A stretch of 64,000 nucleotides of DNA from Kiritimatiellia bacterium (GTDB lineage: Bacteria > Verrucomicrobiota > Kiritimatiellia > SLAD01), in assembly GCA_007136425.1 (NCBI GenBank), contig SLGY01000011.1, forward strand, positions 5,559-69,558, read 5' to 3'. Every line of letters starts with the position of its first letter. Within the stretch, counting starts at the first letter, position 1. The notes beneath the pieces were generated by a model, which made no database searches, was not told where the DNA came from, and saw only the letters and a program-made list of their open reading frames with translations. The position numbers and the translations under genes are program-made. Shown piece after piece: positions 19,955 to 29,689 of the stretch.

Positions 19955-20200
19955 TCATGTCTTACCTCCGTGATCCTCAGTGCCCTCCGTGGTAAGACTT
20001 CTTGGGTTGCGGCTATGCCGCGCTGCGAAATCCGTGGTGTCCTTCTCCTCGCACGCACAGCCCAAGCCGCAGCCGAAGCATTCCCGGGCCGGGCCGAATT
20101 CCGGGTGGCGCGCGGCAAAGCGTCTCGCAAGGCGTTGTACGCCAATCCAACCGGACATTACCAGTAATATCAGGGTCATGGCGATCAGGTACGTGCTCAT
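19955..20200 (-). CDS. small membrane protein with Cys-rich motif (CFGCGLGCAC), hypothetical
   Basis: 81-aa ORF directly downstream of, and co-directional with, rnfA; N-terminal TM helix MSTYLIAMTLILLVMSGWIG followed by a Cys cluster. Confidence 0.35.
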   Translation of the reverse strand: MSTYLIAMTLILLVMSGWIGVQRLARRFAARHPEFGPARECFGCGLGCACEEKDTTDFAARHSRNPRSLTTEGTEDHGGKT

Positions 20201-20782
20201 TTATCCTCCCAACCCCGCAAACCCCATGAAGGCCAACGACAGCAAGCCGGCGAGCATGAAGGAGATGGCCGCGCTGGTACAGGCGTCGGGCACGGAGGCC
20301 AATTCGAGTTTCTCGCGCAGACCCGCCATGAGCACGAGTGCCAGCATGAAGCCCGCTCCCGCGCCGAGGCTGTAGGCGAGGCTTTGCACGAAGTTGTATT
20401 CATTGAAAGTCTGGAACAAGGCCATGCCGAGGATGGCGCAGTTGGTCGTAATGAGCGGCAGATAGATGCCCAGCATTCGGAACAGCGTGGGACTGAGTTT
20501 CTTGACCGTCATTTCAACCAATTGTACGGCGGACGCAATGACGGCAATATAGCAAATGAGCCGCAGATACTCAATTTCAAAGTGTACCAGCAGGATGTTG
20601 ATGCCATAGGCGCAGAGGGAAGCGACGAGCATGACGAAGATCACGGCCAAACCCATGGGCACAGCGGTCTTGATCTTGGCGGAGACGCCGAGAAACGGGC
20701 ACAGTCCGAGAAATAGCGCCAGCACGAAGTTGTTGATCAGGAACGCGTGCAGGAACAGAAAGGCGGGTGATTCAGGCGACAT
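20201..20782 (-). CDS. rnfA: Rnf electron-transport complex subunit A
   Basis: MSPESPAFLFLHAFLINNFVLALFLGLCPFLGVS, polytopic NqrE/RnfA family; track ORF extends to 20854 but the internal ATG 20782 fits the family N-terminus. Confidence 0.85.
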   Translation of the reverse strand: MSPESPAFLFLHAFLINNFVLALFLGLCPFLGVSAKIKTAVPMGLAVIFVMLVASLCAYGINILLVHFEIEYLRLICYIAVIASAVQLVEMTVKKLSPTLFRMLGIYLPLITTNCAILGMALFQTFNEYNFVQSLAYSLGAGAGFMLALVLMAGLREKLELASVPDACTSAAISFMLAGLLSLAFMGFAGLGG

Positions 20783-21419
20783 GCGCGACCTCCTTTCGTT
20801 GTTCCTTGCGGCGCCGTATTGCGGCGAACAGGACCAGCCAGAGCGAAAGCACAATGAATCCGCCCGGCGGCAGAATGAATACGGCCCAAGGCTGGAAATC
20901 CGGGCCGAAAAGCGGGATGCCGAAAAACGTGCCGAAGCCGAGTATCTCGCGTATGGCGCCGACCAGGAAGAGGGCGAGCGTAAACCCGGCGCCCATTCCG
21001 ATCGAATTGATGATCGTCGTGATGACCCGATTCTTGGATGCGTAGGCCTCGGCCCGGCCGAGGATCATGCAGTTGACGACGATCAACTGAATGAATGCGC
21101 CCAGCGCATTATACAGTTCAAGGCTCAAGGCATGGATCGTGTAGTCAACGATCGTGACGAAAGTGGCGATGATGATGATATAGGACGCGATACGCACCTG
21201 TTTGGGAATCAGGTGGCGCAGGACCGAGATGAGCGTGGTTGAACCAAGGAGCACGACCGTGCTTGCGAGTCCCATCGCCAGTGCGTTAAGCGCGGTGTTG
21301 CTCACCGCCAAGGCGGGGCAGAGGCCCAGCAACGCAATGAAGACCGGATTCTCTTTCCAGACGCCTTCCTTCAAGGTGTCCATCGTCGGTGGCGACAATT
21401 GTTTCGCGTCGCGCGGCAT
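20772..21419 (-). CDS. rnfE: Rnf complex subunit E
   Basis: LKEGVWKENPVFIALLGLCPALAVS RnfE/NqrD signature; start ATG overlaps the rnfG stop by 1 nt. Confidence 0.85.
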   Translation of the reverse strand: MPRDAKQLSPPTMDTLKEGVWKENPVFIALLGLCPALAVSNTALNALAMGLASTVVLLGSTTLISVLRHLIPKQVRIASYIIIIATFVTIVDYTIHALSLELYNALGAFIQLIVVNCMILGRAEAYASKNRVITTIINSIGMGAGFTLALFLVGAIREILGFGTFFGIPLFGPDFQPWAVFILPPGGFIVLSLWLVLFAAIRRRKEQRKEVAHVA

Positions 21420-22132
21420 CAGGAGACCTCCTTTCCGGTGGTCTCGGGCGAGGGATCGGTCAGTTGCTCAAGATGACGTAGCAGGCGCGGGATCATTTCG
21501 TTGGCGCTTTCGCGCAGCGCACGGGCGACGGCTGTCGCGGTTACCGTCGCGCCGGTAATCCCGTCGATCTGCCAGTCTTCGGTTTTGGTGCCGGGCGGGA
21601 CGGTCACGATGTCATGCTTCAAGGCCGTGCCTTCTTCGTTCAGACTAACGTCCAGACAATCGAAATTAGCGAGAAAGTCGGGGTCCGTTTCAATTTTGTC
21701 TCCGAGGCCCGGTGTTTCGGAGCTTTGCAAAACGATGAATCCGATGATGCATTCCCGGCCGGGATCATAACCGTACAGCACACGCACGACATCGGCATAC
21801 CCGCGCGCCGACGCCTGCATGGCGAATCCGATGAGTTGGTCATCCTCATCGTAACCGGCGAACACATTGGCGTCGCCGACGTCTTCGTCAGCGAGTCGTT
21901 CGAGGCCCTCGTCCGTGAGTAGATAATTGACACGGTGGCTGGCGCCGGGCAGGACCTCGAATACGGCATTTTCCAGATATTCCCTGTGATTGAGAATAAT
22001 CCGTTCGAGGGTTGCCTGATAGACGAGGACTACGAAGAAACCGGATAGCATGGCGATCACGGCCAAGGTGGCGATCAACCGTCCGCTGGAAGGCATGGCC
22101 GACGCGGGCGCTATGGTGGCGTCCGTACTCAT
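21419..22132 (-). CDS. rnfG: Rnf complex subunit G (FMN-binding)
   Basis: Single N-terminal TM then FMN-binding domain with the GITGATVT motif. Confidence 0.85.
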   Translation of the reverse strand: MSTDATIAPASAMPSSGRLIATLAVIAMLSGFFVVLVYQATLERIILNHREYLENAVFEVLPGASHRVNYLLTDEGLERLADEDVGDANVFAGYDEDDQLIGFAMQASARGYADVVRVLYGYDPGRECIIGFIVLQSSETPGLGDKIETDPDFLANFDCLDVSLNEEGTALKHDIVTVPPGTKTEDWQIDGITGATVTATAVARALRESANEMIPRLLRHLEQLTDPSPETTGKEVS

Positions 22133-23187
22133 GCGGGGGCCTTCTCCTTTTTCACGGCGCCGTAGCGGCGCGGTTGCGTGACGCGACTGATCAGGGGCGA
22201 CATGGCGTTACCGAGCAGGATGGCGTACATCACGCCTTCGTTCAGACCGCCGAAGAGCCGGATGATGACCGTCAATACGCCGATCAGCGCGCCGTAGATC
22301 CAGACGCCTTTACTTGTTTCCGGCGACGCCACCATGTCGGTGGCCATGAACACGGCGCCGAGCATCAGGCCGCCGGAAAAGAGCGTAAAGAGGGGATCGG
22401 GATAGATTTCGGGTCGGATCAGATAGAAGAGGCCGGACACCGCGGCCGCCGATCCTAGGACCCCGGCCGTAATCCGCCAGTCCATCATCTTGCGCGCAAT
22501 GAGATAGAGTCCGCAGAGAAGGATGAGCAGCGCCGAGGTTTCCCCCGCCGATCCGGACACCGTTCCCGTAAGCAGTTGCAGCGTGTCGGTGGATGTCTGT
22601 TCGAATTTCATCAAGGCCAACGGGGTGGCGCCGGTGAAACCTTCGGTCGCAACACGTGCGATCCACTCATCGACCGGAGTGGGTACGAGAAAGGGCGGGG
22701 TCAGCGTGGAAGGAATAAATTCCGTGAAGCGGCCGGGCGCCAGTGCGGGGGTCCAGGTCGTCATGGGCACGGTAAACGCGGCCTGCGCGAAGGCGCGCCC
22801 GACCAGGGCGGGGTTCATGACATTATAGCCCAGCCCGCCGAAAAACATCTTGCCGACCGCCATGCCGAAGAAACTCGCCACCGCCGCCATCCAGAGGGGA
22901 AACGATGGCGGCAGGGTCAAAGCCAGCAGGAGCCCCGTGATGACCGCGCTCCAATCATTGATCGTGCTGGCGCGTCCCGCCAGACGGCAGAAAAGATGTT
23001 CCGTGCCGACGCAGACGAGCGTGCACACGGCGAGCAGGGCCAAGGCGCTGATTCCGAATTGATACACGGCATACGCGCATACGGGCAGCAACGCATATAC
23101 GACATGGCGCATGATCATGTCCACCGACATCGGTTTGTGTAGATGCGGCGATGAACGCAATTCGGCTTTGGTACGGGGCGCCGTCAT
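22129..23187 (-). CDS. rnfD: Rnf complex subunit D
   Basis: SSPHLH motif, polytopic NqrB/RnfD family, GGVFMATDMV flavin-attachment region; ATGA overlap with the rnfC stop at 23184-23187 (track ORF extended to 23292). Confidence 0.85.
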   Translation of the reverse strand: MTAPRTKAELRSSPHLHKPMSVDMIMRHVVYALLPVCAYAVYQFGISALALLAVCTLVCVGTEHLFCRLAGRASTINDWSAVITGLLLALTLPPSFPLWMAAVASFFGMAVGKMFFGGLGYNVMNPALVGRAFAQAAFTVPMTTWTPALAPGRFTEFIPSTLTPPFLVPTPVDEWIARVATEGFTGATPLALMKFEQTSTDTLQLLTGTVSGSAGETSALLILLCGLYLIARKMMDWRITAGVLGSAAAVSGLFYLIRPEIYPDPLFTLFSGGLMLGAVFMATDMVASPETSKGVWIYGALIGVLTVIIRLFGGLNEGVMYAILLGNAMSPLISRVTQPRRYGAVKKEKAPA

Positions 23188-24554
23188 TTTTCCGCCGCCT
23201 TCGATTTGAGGTCGCGGTTCATGGCTTTGGACACGCGAAAGTATTGGACGAGCGGTATGCCCGCCGGACAGACATAACTGCAACAGCCGCATTCAAAACA
23301 GTCGAACAGATGGTAGTCTTCCATTTCCTCATAGCGTCGCTTGACCGCGAGTTTACCGAGTTGGCAGGGATTCAGGTACAGCGGGCAGGCTTCCACGCAT
23401 TTACCGCAACTGATGCAGGGATAGACTTGCGGAATGCTCTGTTCCTGTACGTCTTCCGGACGCAACACCAGAAAACCGCCGCAACCTTTGGTAATGGGCA
23501 CATCCAGGGAGGAGACGGTTTCGCCCATCATGGGGCCGCCCGTGATCAGGTATTGGGAAGACCCGCGAAAGCCGAGTCGTTCGAGGATGAAACGCAGGGG
23601 GGTCCCGATGGCCACGAGATAATTCCCGGGTTTTTCGATGCCGGGGCCTGTAACCGTGACGACGCGTTCGATCACGCCGCGTTGCCAAGGTAGCAGGGCG
23701 CCGATCTGGACGGTTGTCGCCACGTTATACACGCCCAGACCGACGGCGGAAGGATAGCCGCCGGACGGGATCTCGCGATTGACCAGCGCCTTGGCGAGCA
23801 TCTTTTCCGCGCCTTGTGGGTATTTGGTGGGCACGACTTTCACGGTGATAGAGCCGTCCTTCGGCAAGACGCGGCGAATCGCTTCCGCGGCGTCCTGCTT
23901 GTTGTCTTCCGTACCGATGATGGCCCGTTCGGCTTGCATGGCGCGCATGAGAATCTGCGTGCCCTTCACCAGTTGTTCCGGTTGTTCGATCATCAGCCGG
24001 TGGTCCGTTGTCAGATAGGGCTCGCATTCGCAGCCGTTGATGAGAATCGTGTCCACATTGTGTTCGGGGGGCGGCGACAGCTTTACGTGAGTGGGAAACG
24101 CCGCGCCGCCAAGGCCCACCAACCCGGCGTCCTGCACCGCCCGAATAATATCCTCGGGGGACATAGTGTCGATGTCGCGCGGCGCTCCGTATCGCATTTC
24201 CTGTGATTCGCCCGGATGCACGGCGAGGATGATCGCGGGTTTGCGCGGACCCTTGGCTGTCGGGATCAGTTCAATCTTTTTGATTACTCCAGTGGCGGGG
24301 GCATGCAACGGCACGGACATGAACCCATCGGCCCGGGCGATCGGTTCGCCGCGGACGACTTCCTGTCCCGGATACACCAGGGGGACGGATGGTTTCCCCG
24401 CATGCTGTGAGAGCAGCAAGTTCAGTTCCCGCGGAAAAGGAAACCGTTGAATCGGTTTCCCCGCGGTATAATGTTTGTTCTCTTCCGGATGCACACCGTG
24501 CGCGAACGTGCCGCCGCGGAGGAATGGGGGAATGGCATGTGTGATGGCGGACAT
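23184..24554 (-). CDS. rnfC: Rnf complex subunit C (NADH-binding, 2x[4Fe-4S])
   Basis: RnfC N-terminal barrel, GLGGAAFPTHVK, CISCGKCVEACP and CFECGCCSYVCP ferredoxin motifs. Confidence 0.9.
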   Translation of the reverse strand: MSAITHAIPPFLRGGTFAHGVHPEENKHYTAGKPIQRFPFPRELNLLLSQHAGKPSVPLVYPGQEVVRGEPIARADGFMSVPLHAPATGVIKKIELIPTAKGPRKPAIILAVHPGESQEMRYGAPRDIDTMSPEDIIRAVQDAGLVGLGGAAFPTHVKLSPPPEHNVDTILINGCECEPYLTTDHRLMIEQPEQLVKGTQILMRAMQAERAIIGTEDNKQDAAEAIRRVLPKDGSITVKVVPTKYPQGAEKMLAKALVNREIPSGGYPSAVGLGVYNVATTVQIGALLPWQRGVIERVVTVTGPGIEKPGNYLVAIGTPLRFILERLGFRGSSQYLITGGPMMGETVSSLDVPITKGCGGFLVLRPEDVQEQSIPQVYPCISCGKCVEACPLYLNPCQLGKLAVKRRYEEMEDYHLFDCFECGCCSYVCPAGIPLVQYFRVSKAMNRDLKSKAAEK

Positions 24555-24595
24555 GGTTATGGCGATCCCGTTACAGCCCTTTCCGTGTTGTAGTT

Positions 24596-24614
24596 GAACC
24601 GAACACTGAACACG
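24596..24614. repeat. short heptad repeat CCGAACA CTGAACA upstream of rnfC
   Basis: gaaccgaacactgaacacg read directly. Confidence 0.5.
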
Positions 24615-24618
24615 CCTC

Positions 24619-27600
24619 CTACTGGAACTTCTCCGCCCGTTTGATCAGTTTATCGAGGTTCTTCTCGTTCGGGTCCGGCGGTGTGCCGGGATGAATGCAT
24701 TGTCCCGTGCATTTTTCCGCCGACCGCACAATGTCTTTGAACGGACCGCCCTTGGGATCCTTCACGTACGCCTTTTTCTCGTCGTCGTACGCAAAGATCT
24801 TCGGGTTGATGTTCACGCATTCGTCGCACGACGTGCATTCGTTCCGATCGATCCAGACGGGTTCGTAACCCGCCTCAGGCGCTTTTCCCTCCGGCCCTCC
24901 TGCAGGTGCGGCTCCGTCGCCGGTCGGCGCGGAGACGAGATCTTTCAACGCGCCCGCGTCGCTTTCCCCGCCCAGCATGGCCATGAGACCGGATGCCAAT
25001 TTCTGGGCCGTCTCGGCACGGACCTGTTTGGCGATTTGATCGGGATCAACTTTCTGCATCAGGCCCGCCAAGGACTTGATAGTGCGCCAGAAATCGCGCC
25101 GCTCTTCGGTTGCGCGCACCAGTTCTTCGGCTACGAGCACGCGGATGAGTCGGTTCTTCTTGTTGACCCCCCAGACATAAGGGAACAGGCCTTCCCGTTC
25201 GTCTTCCGGCATCTCGACGAATTCGGCTATCGGCACCATATTCTCATTCCACGTGTCCTGCGGCGCCACGCGGAAATGTTTCCGGAATCGGCCTTCGCCG
25301 ACGGCGAAATCGGCGAACGTCATGGGCAGTTCCATGTGTTGCGCGTTTCCGTCCTCGTCCTCGTAATTCAGTGTATATACCGGCCAATCGTCGTCGATCG
25401 CCGGATTGCCTTCGAGATCGAGACTGTCTTCCCAGGTTTCGCCTGCGTCGGGATCGAAACGGAGTATCGGATAGGCCCGCGATTCCAGCGCCATCTTGCT
25501 GCGCGCAAAGGACGCATCGTCGCCCACGGCGTGTTCCGGTTGACACACGGAGTACACGTTGAACAGGGCGGGCCGGCGACTGTTGATGCCGTCGATGAAG
25601 CCCTCGATCATGTGGGTATAATTCGCAAGATTGGCCTGATGAATGAAAGCCGTGCGATGTGCCGCCCCGATCAGGCTGATCTCCTTGCGGGTTTCCGTCT
25701 TGCCGTGCCAGGCCTTGCCGTACGGCGCCATGTCCGATACCTGACCGATAAAGCCCGACGTACAGGCTTGCCCGCCGGTGTTCGAATAGACCTGGGTGTC
25801 CAGCACGAGGATCTTCACGGGCCGTCCCGACATCAACGCCCGGGAAAGGTTCTGGAAGCCGATGTCGTACATCGCCCCGTCGCCGCCCACGGCGACAACC
25901 GGGGGACAGAGCCGGAATTCCTCGTCGGTGAAATCATTCCAGTTGAAGTACGTCAGGGATTCCCGCACTTTCTCCATCTTTCCGTCGCCCTCGAGTTCTG
26001 CTTCCGCCATGCGTATGGCCTTGAACCCGTCCGCCATCTTGACCATATGCCCCTCGAAGACCCCGATAGCCACGGACGGCGCGTCCTGGAAAAGGTGATT
26101 CGTCCAAGGGAAGGGATAGGGATTGTATGGAAACGACGAACCGTACACCGAGGAACAACCCGTGGCGTTCGTGAATCCCATATTGGCGCGACCGTTGTTG
26201 GTGGCGCCGACTTCGTAATTCCATTTCAGGTCTTTTAGCTTTTGTAATAACCCGGAGACCGACGCCAGCCAGTCCTGGTCAAGCGGTGTGCCCGCCTTGC
26301 CTTCTTCCAGGGCGCCCGCCAGTTCGGCGAGTTTGAGATCGCCTTTGCGGTGCGCTTCCAGGACCTGTTGCATACGCGAAGAATCGCTGATGTCCACCGT
26401 GTCGGCGAGTTTCATCTTGATATGGCGTTCCAGGCGCTCGATGAGGTCCGTGATGTGTTCGACGTGTTTCTTCACGCGCCGTTGCATCATCGTGGTGACC
26501 GTCGCCGTGAAAATATGCAGTACGGATTTTTCGCCGCACCCGGTGCAGGCCCCGTCGCCGCAGACCATGGATTGATAGGCGGTCTTGTCCATCAAAAGGG
26601 TTTCCAGCGCGCCGATCTTCTCGTCGATATCGTCGATGCGAATGTACTCGGGCGGGGTGCTGGGCAGGTCCATCCAGTAATCCCATTCTCGCCGCAGTTC
26701 CTCAATACTTTCGGCCGTCTGGTCGACGGGGCGCAGCGCGTCGTCGTCACAGACGTCGATGCACAACATACAGCCCTTGCAGGTATAGGGGTTGACCGTA
26801 ATGGCGTAGAGGCCGCCCGTGCCTTTCTGCTGTTTTTCCTTCTGGTTATAGTACGGCTTGGTCAGGGCGAATTTGAATCCGCCCATGGATTCGCGGAACC
26901 AGCCGAATTCCGTTTCGATCGCCTGGCGATCCGTGTCCGGCGCCTCCTCGATCGTTGCGGTTATGGCTTGGTCAAGCAAAGGTCCCACATCCACGGCATT
27001 GCCGTTTGCGCCTTCGGTCGAGGCGCGTAGTTTCTTTTCCACCGTCCGGACGGCGCGGCGCAGGTGTTTCACTTCGTGGCCCGCCTTTTCGACCCGCTTA
27101 ATGGTGGTGCTGAACGCGTCGTTCACGCTGCACGCAATTCCGGGGATAGCGCTGTCCGGACATACCGTGAAACAGTCGCTGCAGGCGGTACAGTTTTCGG
27201 GGATCCAGACGGGATGCTGAAACCGGATCTGCGTCATATCCCGGTAGACGCCCGTGTTTGCCGGAATCAGGCTCATCGCATTAAACGGATCGGCCAGGTT
27301 ATCATTCGGACGGCCGCCGAGATAGAAGGAACCCGTCTGTTCCCAGAACCGATGAATATCCGTCTTGCGATCTTCGCTTGCCGGCATGCGTTTAAGCATC
27401 ATGGGCAGGTTCGATCCCTGCTTCAGGTCCTGGTTCGGGTCTTTGGCGATCTGTTTATCGGTGATCTCGGTGATCTCGTCGAAGCCGCGCCGGACCACGC
27501 GAAGATTGTCTTCCACGACCCGCGCGCCTTTGCTCCCAAATTTACTCTCAATTTGTTCCCGTATGGCGTTGAACAGCTTCTCTTCCGTCAATTTCGCCTG

Positions 27601-29553
27601 TTCCATGACCGGCGAGGTGGCGAAGAAGGCGCCTTGGAACGCGATCCCTTGCATGCGCAATTGCAGCTCGGGATCGGTGGCCTCATCGCGCGCAATCTTG
27701 AACGCATCGAGAAAGAATACGCGGATGTTGTTGTCGATGATGAATTTCTGTTTGGTCGGCGGGATCGTCTTCCAGACCGCGTCCGCCGATTGCAGGTCGC
27801 TTTGTATAATGAATACGCCGCCTTCCTTCAGGCCGAACAAGGGATTGGAATGGCTGAACACGTTCGGATCGGGCGATAGCACTACGTCCACATAATTGTA
27901 TTCGCAGTTGATCCGGATGGGTTCCGGCGCCGCGGAAAGGTAATAGGTCGTGGGCTGGCCTTTCTTTTCCGACCCGTATTTGGGGTTCGCCTTGATATCG
28001 TAACCGAGCAGATCATACAGCGTCATGGCGAGGTTCTTGCCGGTGGTGATGGCGCCCCAACCGCCGACGGAATGCATGCGGACGGTGATGGACCCGTCGG
28101 GCAGAAGATTCGGGTTTTCGCTGCCTTTCACGGCCAGATCCTGAATGTTGGGATACAGCTCGCGGATTTCCTGCTGATAGATCTCCTGTTTCGGCGTGAA
28201 AGGCTTTTCGTGCAGGAAATCGATGGAAAGATAAAAGAACTTCTTGCGATCCCCTTTTTCGACCATGTTCTCCACCGCACCGACAATCCCTTCCGGTTGC
28301 AGGTCGCGACTGCCCATGCCGAAGCAGCCGGAATAGAGGCGCGGATTGTCCTGCGCCTTCTTATACGCGGCATAACGCGGGTAGGGGACACCGTTCTTGC
28401 CCGAGTCCATACCGTTCTCGATGCTCTTCATGATGGCGGAGCGGATTTCGCGCACCAGCGGGAGATCTTCGGACAACGGCTGATCGGTTCGTTCAAGGAC
28501 CGTCACGCCCTTGCGCCCTTTCAGCAGGGCGGTGATCAGGTCCCCGGGGAACGGACGATACATCGTCATGTTCACGACGCCTACCTTGAGGCCACGCGTA
28601 TCGCGAAGATAGTCAGTGACGGCCTCGGCCGTCCCGATGAGGCTGCCCATGCCGAGGATCAGATATTCCGCATCATCGCAGCGATAGGTGGAAACGCGTT
28701 CGTAAGCGCGGCCCGTCAACGCGGAATACTCCGCCATGCATTGTTCCGCGATATCCCGGATATGCTCGAAGAAATATGGGCGCTGGGCGGCGACCGATTG
28801 CATGTACGCGTCCTGATTCTGAACGCAACCGGCCAGGACGGCGTTGTCGACATCCCAGAGAATCGGAATGCGCCGGCGCGTCTTGCCGTACATCAGTTGC
28901 TGGCCGGGTGTCGGGGTGTCGATGATATCGTCGGGATAGCCGAGATATTCCGCAATCAATTCGCGTTCCGGTACGCGCATGGTCTCAATGAGGTGCGTGG
29001 TCAAGAAGCCGTCCTGTCCCACGGCGCCCGGGGTCAAAGACAGTTCGGCGATCTTCCGGGCGATGATGTTCAGGTCGGCCGCCTGTTGTGCGTCTTTGGC
29101 CATGACCTGAAAGAATCCGGTGTCGTCCATCAGATGGTAATCGTCGTGTCCCGCATGGACGTTCAAGGTGGATTTCGTGATGGCGCGACAACCGATATTC
29201 AGAATGTAGGGGAGCCGCTTTCCGACGGCCGGGTACAGGGATTCGTGCATGTAGGCGATCCCCTGGCCGGACGAGAAATTCGATGCGCGCAATCCGCTCA
29301 TGGACATGCCGGCCGTGACGGCGGCCGCCGCATGCTCGCCTTCCGGTTCGAAGAAGATCAGGGGACGGCCGGAGATGTTGATGTGCCCCGCCGCCGTGGC
29401 TTCCGCCCAGTATTCGCCCATCTGCGTGGAGGGCGTGATGGGGTAGGCGCCCGCCGCGTCGCTCGATTCGCGTTCGCACATGATCACCGCGGTGTTGCCG
29501 TCCAGTGCGTCCAGTGTGCCGGGATATTTCGGTTTTTCGGTCTTTGCGCTCAT
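24619..29553 (-). CDS. por: pyruvate:ferredoxin (flavodoxin) oxidoreductase, unusually long single-chain form (1644 aa)
   Basis: AYPITPST N-term domain; two [4Fe-4S] ferredoxin motifs (CTACSDCFTVCP, CKGCMLCIDVCD); TPP domain GGDGAMYDIGFQ...LDTQVYSNTGGQ; extra C-terminal CTSCDECVNINP...CTGQC ferredoxin-like domain; about 400-450 aa longer than canonical NifJ-type PFORs. Confidence 0.9.
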   Translation of the reverse strand: MSAKTEKPKYPGTLDALDGNTAVIMCERESSDAAGAYPITPSTQMGEYWAEATAAGHINISGRPLIFFEPEGEHAAAAVTAGMSMSGLRASNFSSGQGIAYMHESLYPAVGKRLPYILNIGCRAITKSTLNVHAGHDDYHLMDDTGFFQVMAKDAQQAADLNIIARKIAELSLTPGAVGQDGFLTTHLIETMRVPERELIAEYLGYPDDIIDTPTPGQQLMYGKTRRRIPILWDVDNAVLAGCVQNQDAYMQSVAAQRPYFFEHIRDIAEQCMAEYSALTGRAYERVSTYRCDDAEYLILGMGSLIGTAEAVTDYLRDTRGLKVGVVNMTMYRPFPGDLITALLKGRKGVTVLERTDQPLSEDLPLVREIRSAIMKSIENGMDSGKNGVPYPRYAAYKKAQDNPRLYSGCFGMGSRDLQPEGIVGAVENMVEKGDRKKFFYLSIDFLHEKPFTPKQEIYQQEIRELYPNIQDLAVKGSENPNLLPDGSITVRMHSVGGWGAITTGKNLAMTLYDLLGYDIKANPKYGSEKKGQPTTYYLSAAPEPIRINCEYNYVDVVLSPDPNVFSHSNPLFGLKEGGVFIIQSDLQSADAVWKTIPPTKQKFIIDNNIRVFFLDAFKIARDEATDPELQLRMQGIAFQGAFFATSPVMEQAKLTEEKLFNAIREQIESKFGSKGARVVEDNLRVVRRGFDEITEITDKQIAKDPNQDLKQGSNLPMMLKRMPASEDRKTDIHRFWEQTGSFYLGGRPNDNLADPFNAMSLIPANTGVYRDMTQIRFQHPVWIPENCTACSDCFTVCPDSAIPGIACSVNDAFSTTIKRVEKAGHEVKHLRRAVRTVEKKLRASTEGANGNAVDVGPLLDQAITATIEEAPDTDRQAIETEFGWFRESMGGFKFALTKPYYNQKEKQQKGTGGLYAITVNPYTCKGCMLCIDVCDDDALRPVDQTAESIEELRREWDYWMDLPSTPPEYIRIDDIDEKIGALETLLMDKTAYQSMVCGDGACTGCGEKSVLHIFTATVTTMMQRRVKKHVEHITDLIERLERHIKMKLADTVDISDSSRMQQVLEAHRKGDLKLAELAGALEEGKAGTPLDQDWLASVSGLLQKLKDLKWNYEVGATNNGRANMGFTNATGCSSVYGSSFPYNPYPFPWTNHLFQDAPSVAIGVFEGHMVKMADGFKAIRMAEAELEGDGKMEKVRESLTYFNWNDFTDEEFRLCPPVVAVGGDGAMYDIGFQNLSRALMSGRPVKILVLDTQVYSNTGGQACTSGFIGQVSDMAPYGKAWHGKTETRKEISLIGAAHRTAFIHQANLANYTHMIEGFIDGINSRRPALFNVYSVCQPEHAVGDDASFARSKMALESRAYPILRFDPDAGETWEDSLDLEGNPAIDDDWPVYTLNYEDEDGNAQHMELPMTFADFAVGEGRFRKHFRVAPQDTWNENMVPIAEFVEMPEDEREGLFPYVWGVNKKNRLIRVLVAEELVRATEERRDFWRTIKSLAGLMQKVDPDQIAKQVRAETAQKLASGLMAMLGGESDAGALKDLVSAPTGDGAAPAGGPEGKAPEAGYEPVWIDRNECTSCDECVNINPKIFAYDDEKKAYVKDPKGGPFKDIVRSAEKCTGQCIHPGTPPDPNEKNLDKLIKRAEKFQ

Positions 29554-29648
29554 GATGCGTTTCCTTCTTTATCTTTTCGTGTCGACTCTAAGTCCTTTTC
29601 ATCGTCCGTAGTTCCATTGTTCAGATTGTTGCTCACGCCCCTCTTCCC

Positions 29649-29687
29649 CCTGAACACTGAATACTGAAAACTGAATACTGAACACTC
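29649..29687. repeat. heptanucleotide tandem repeat (CTGAACA/CTGAATA/CTGAAAA)x5 upstream of por
   Basis: cctgaacactgaatactgaaaactgaatactgaacactc read directly. Confidence 0.8.
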
Positions 29688-29689
29688 TC

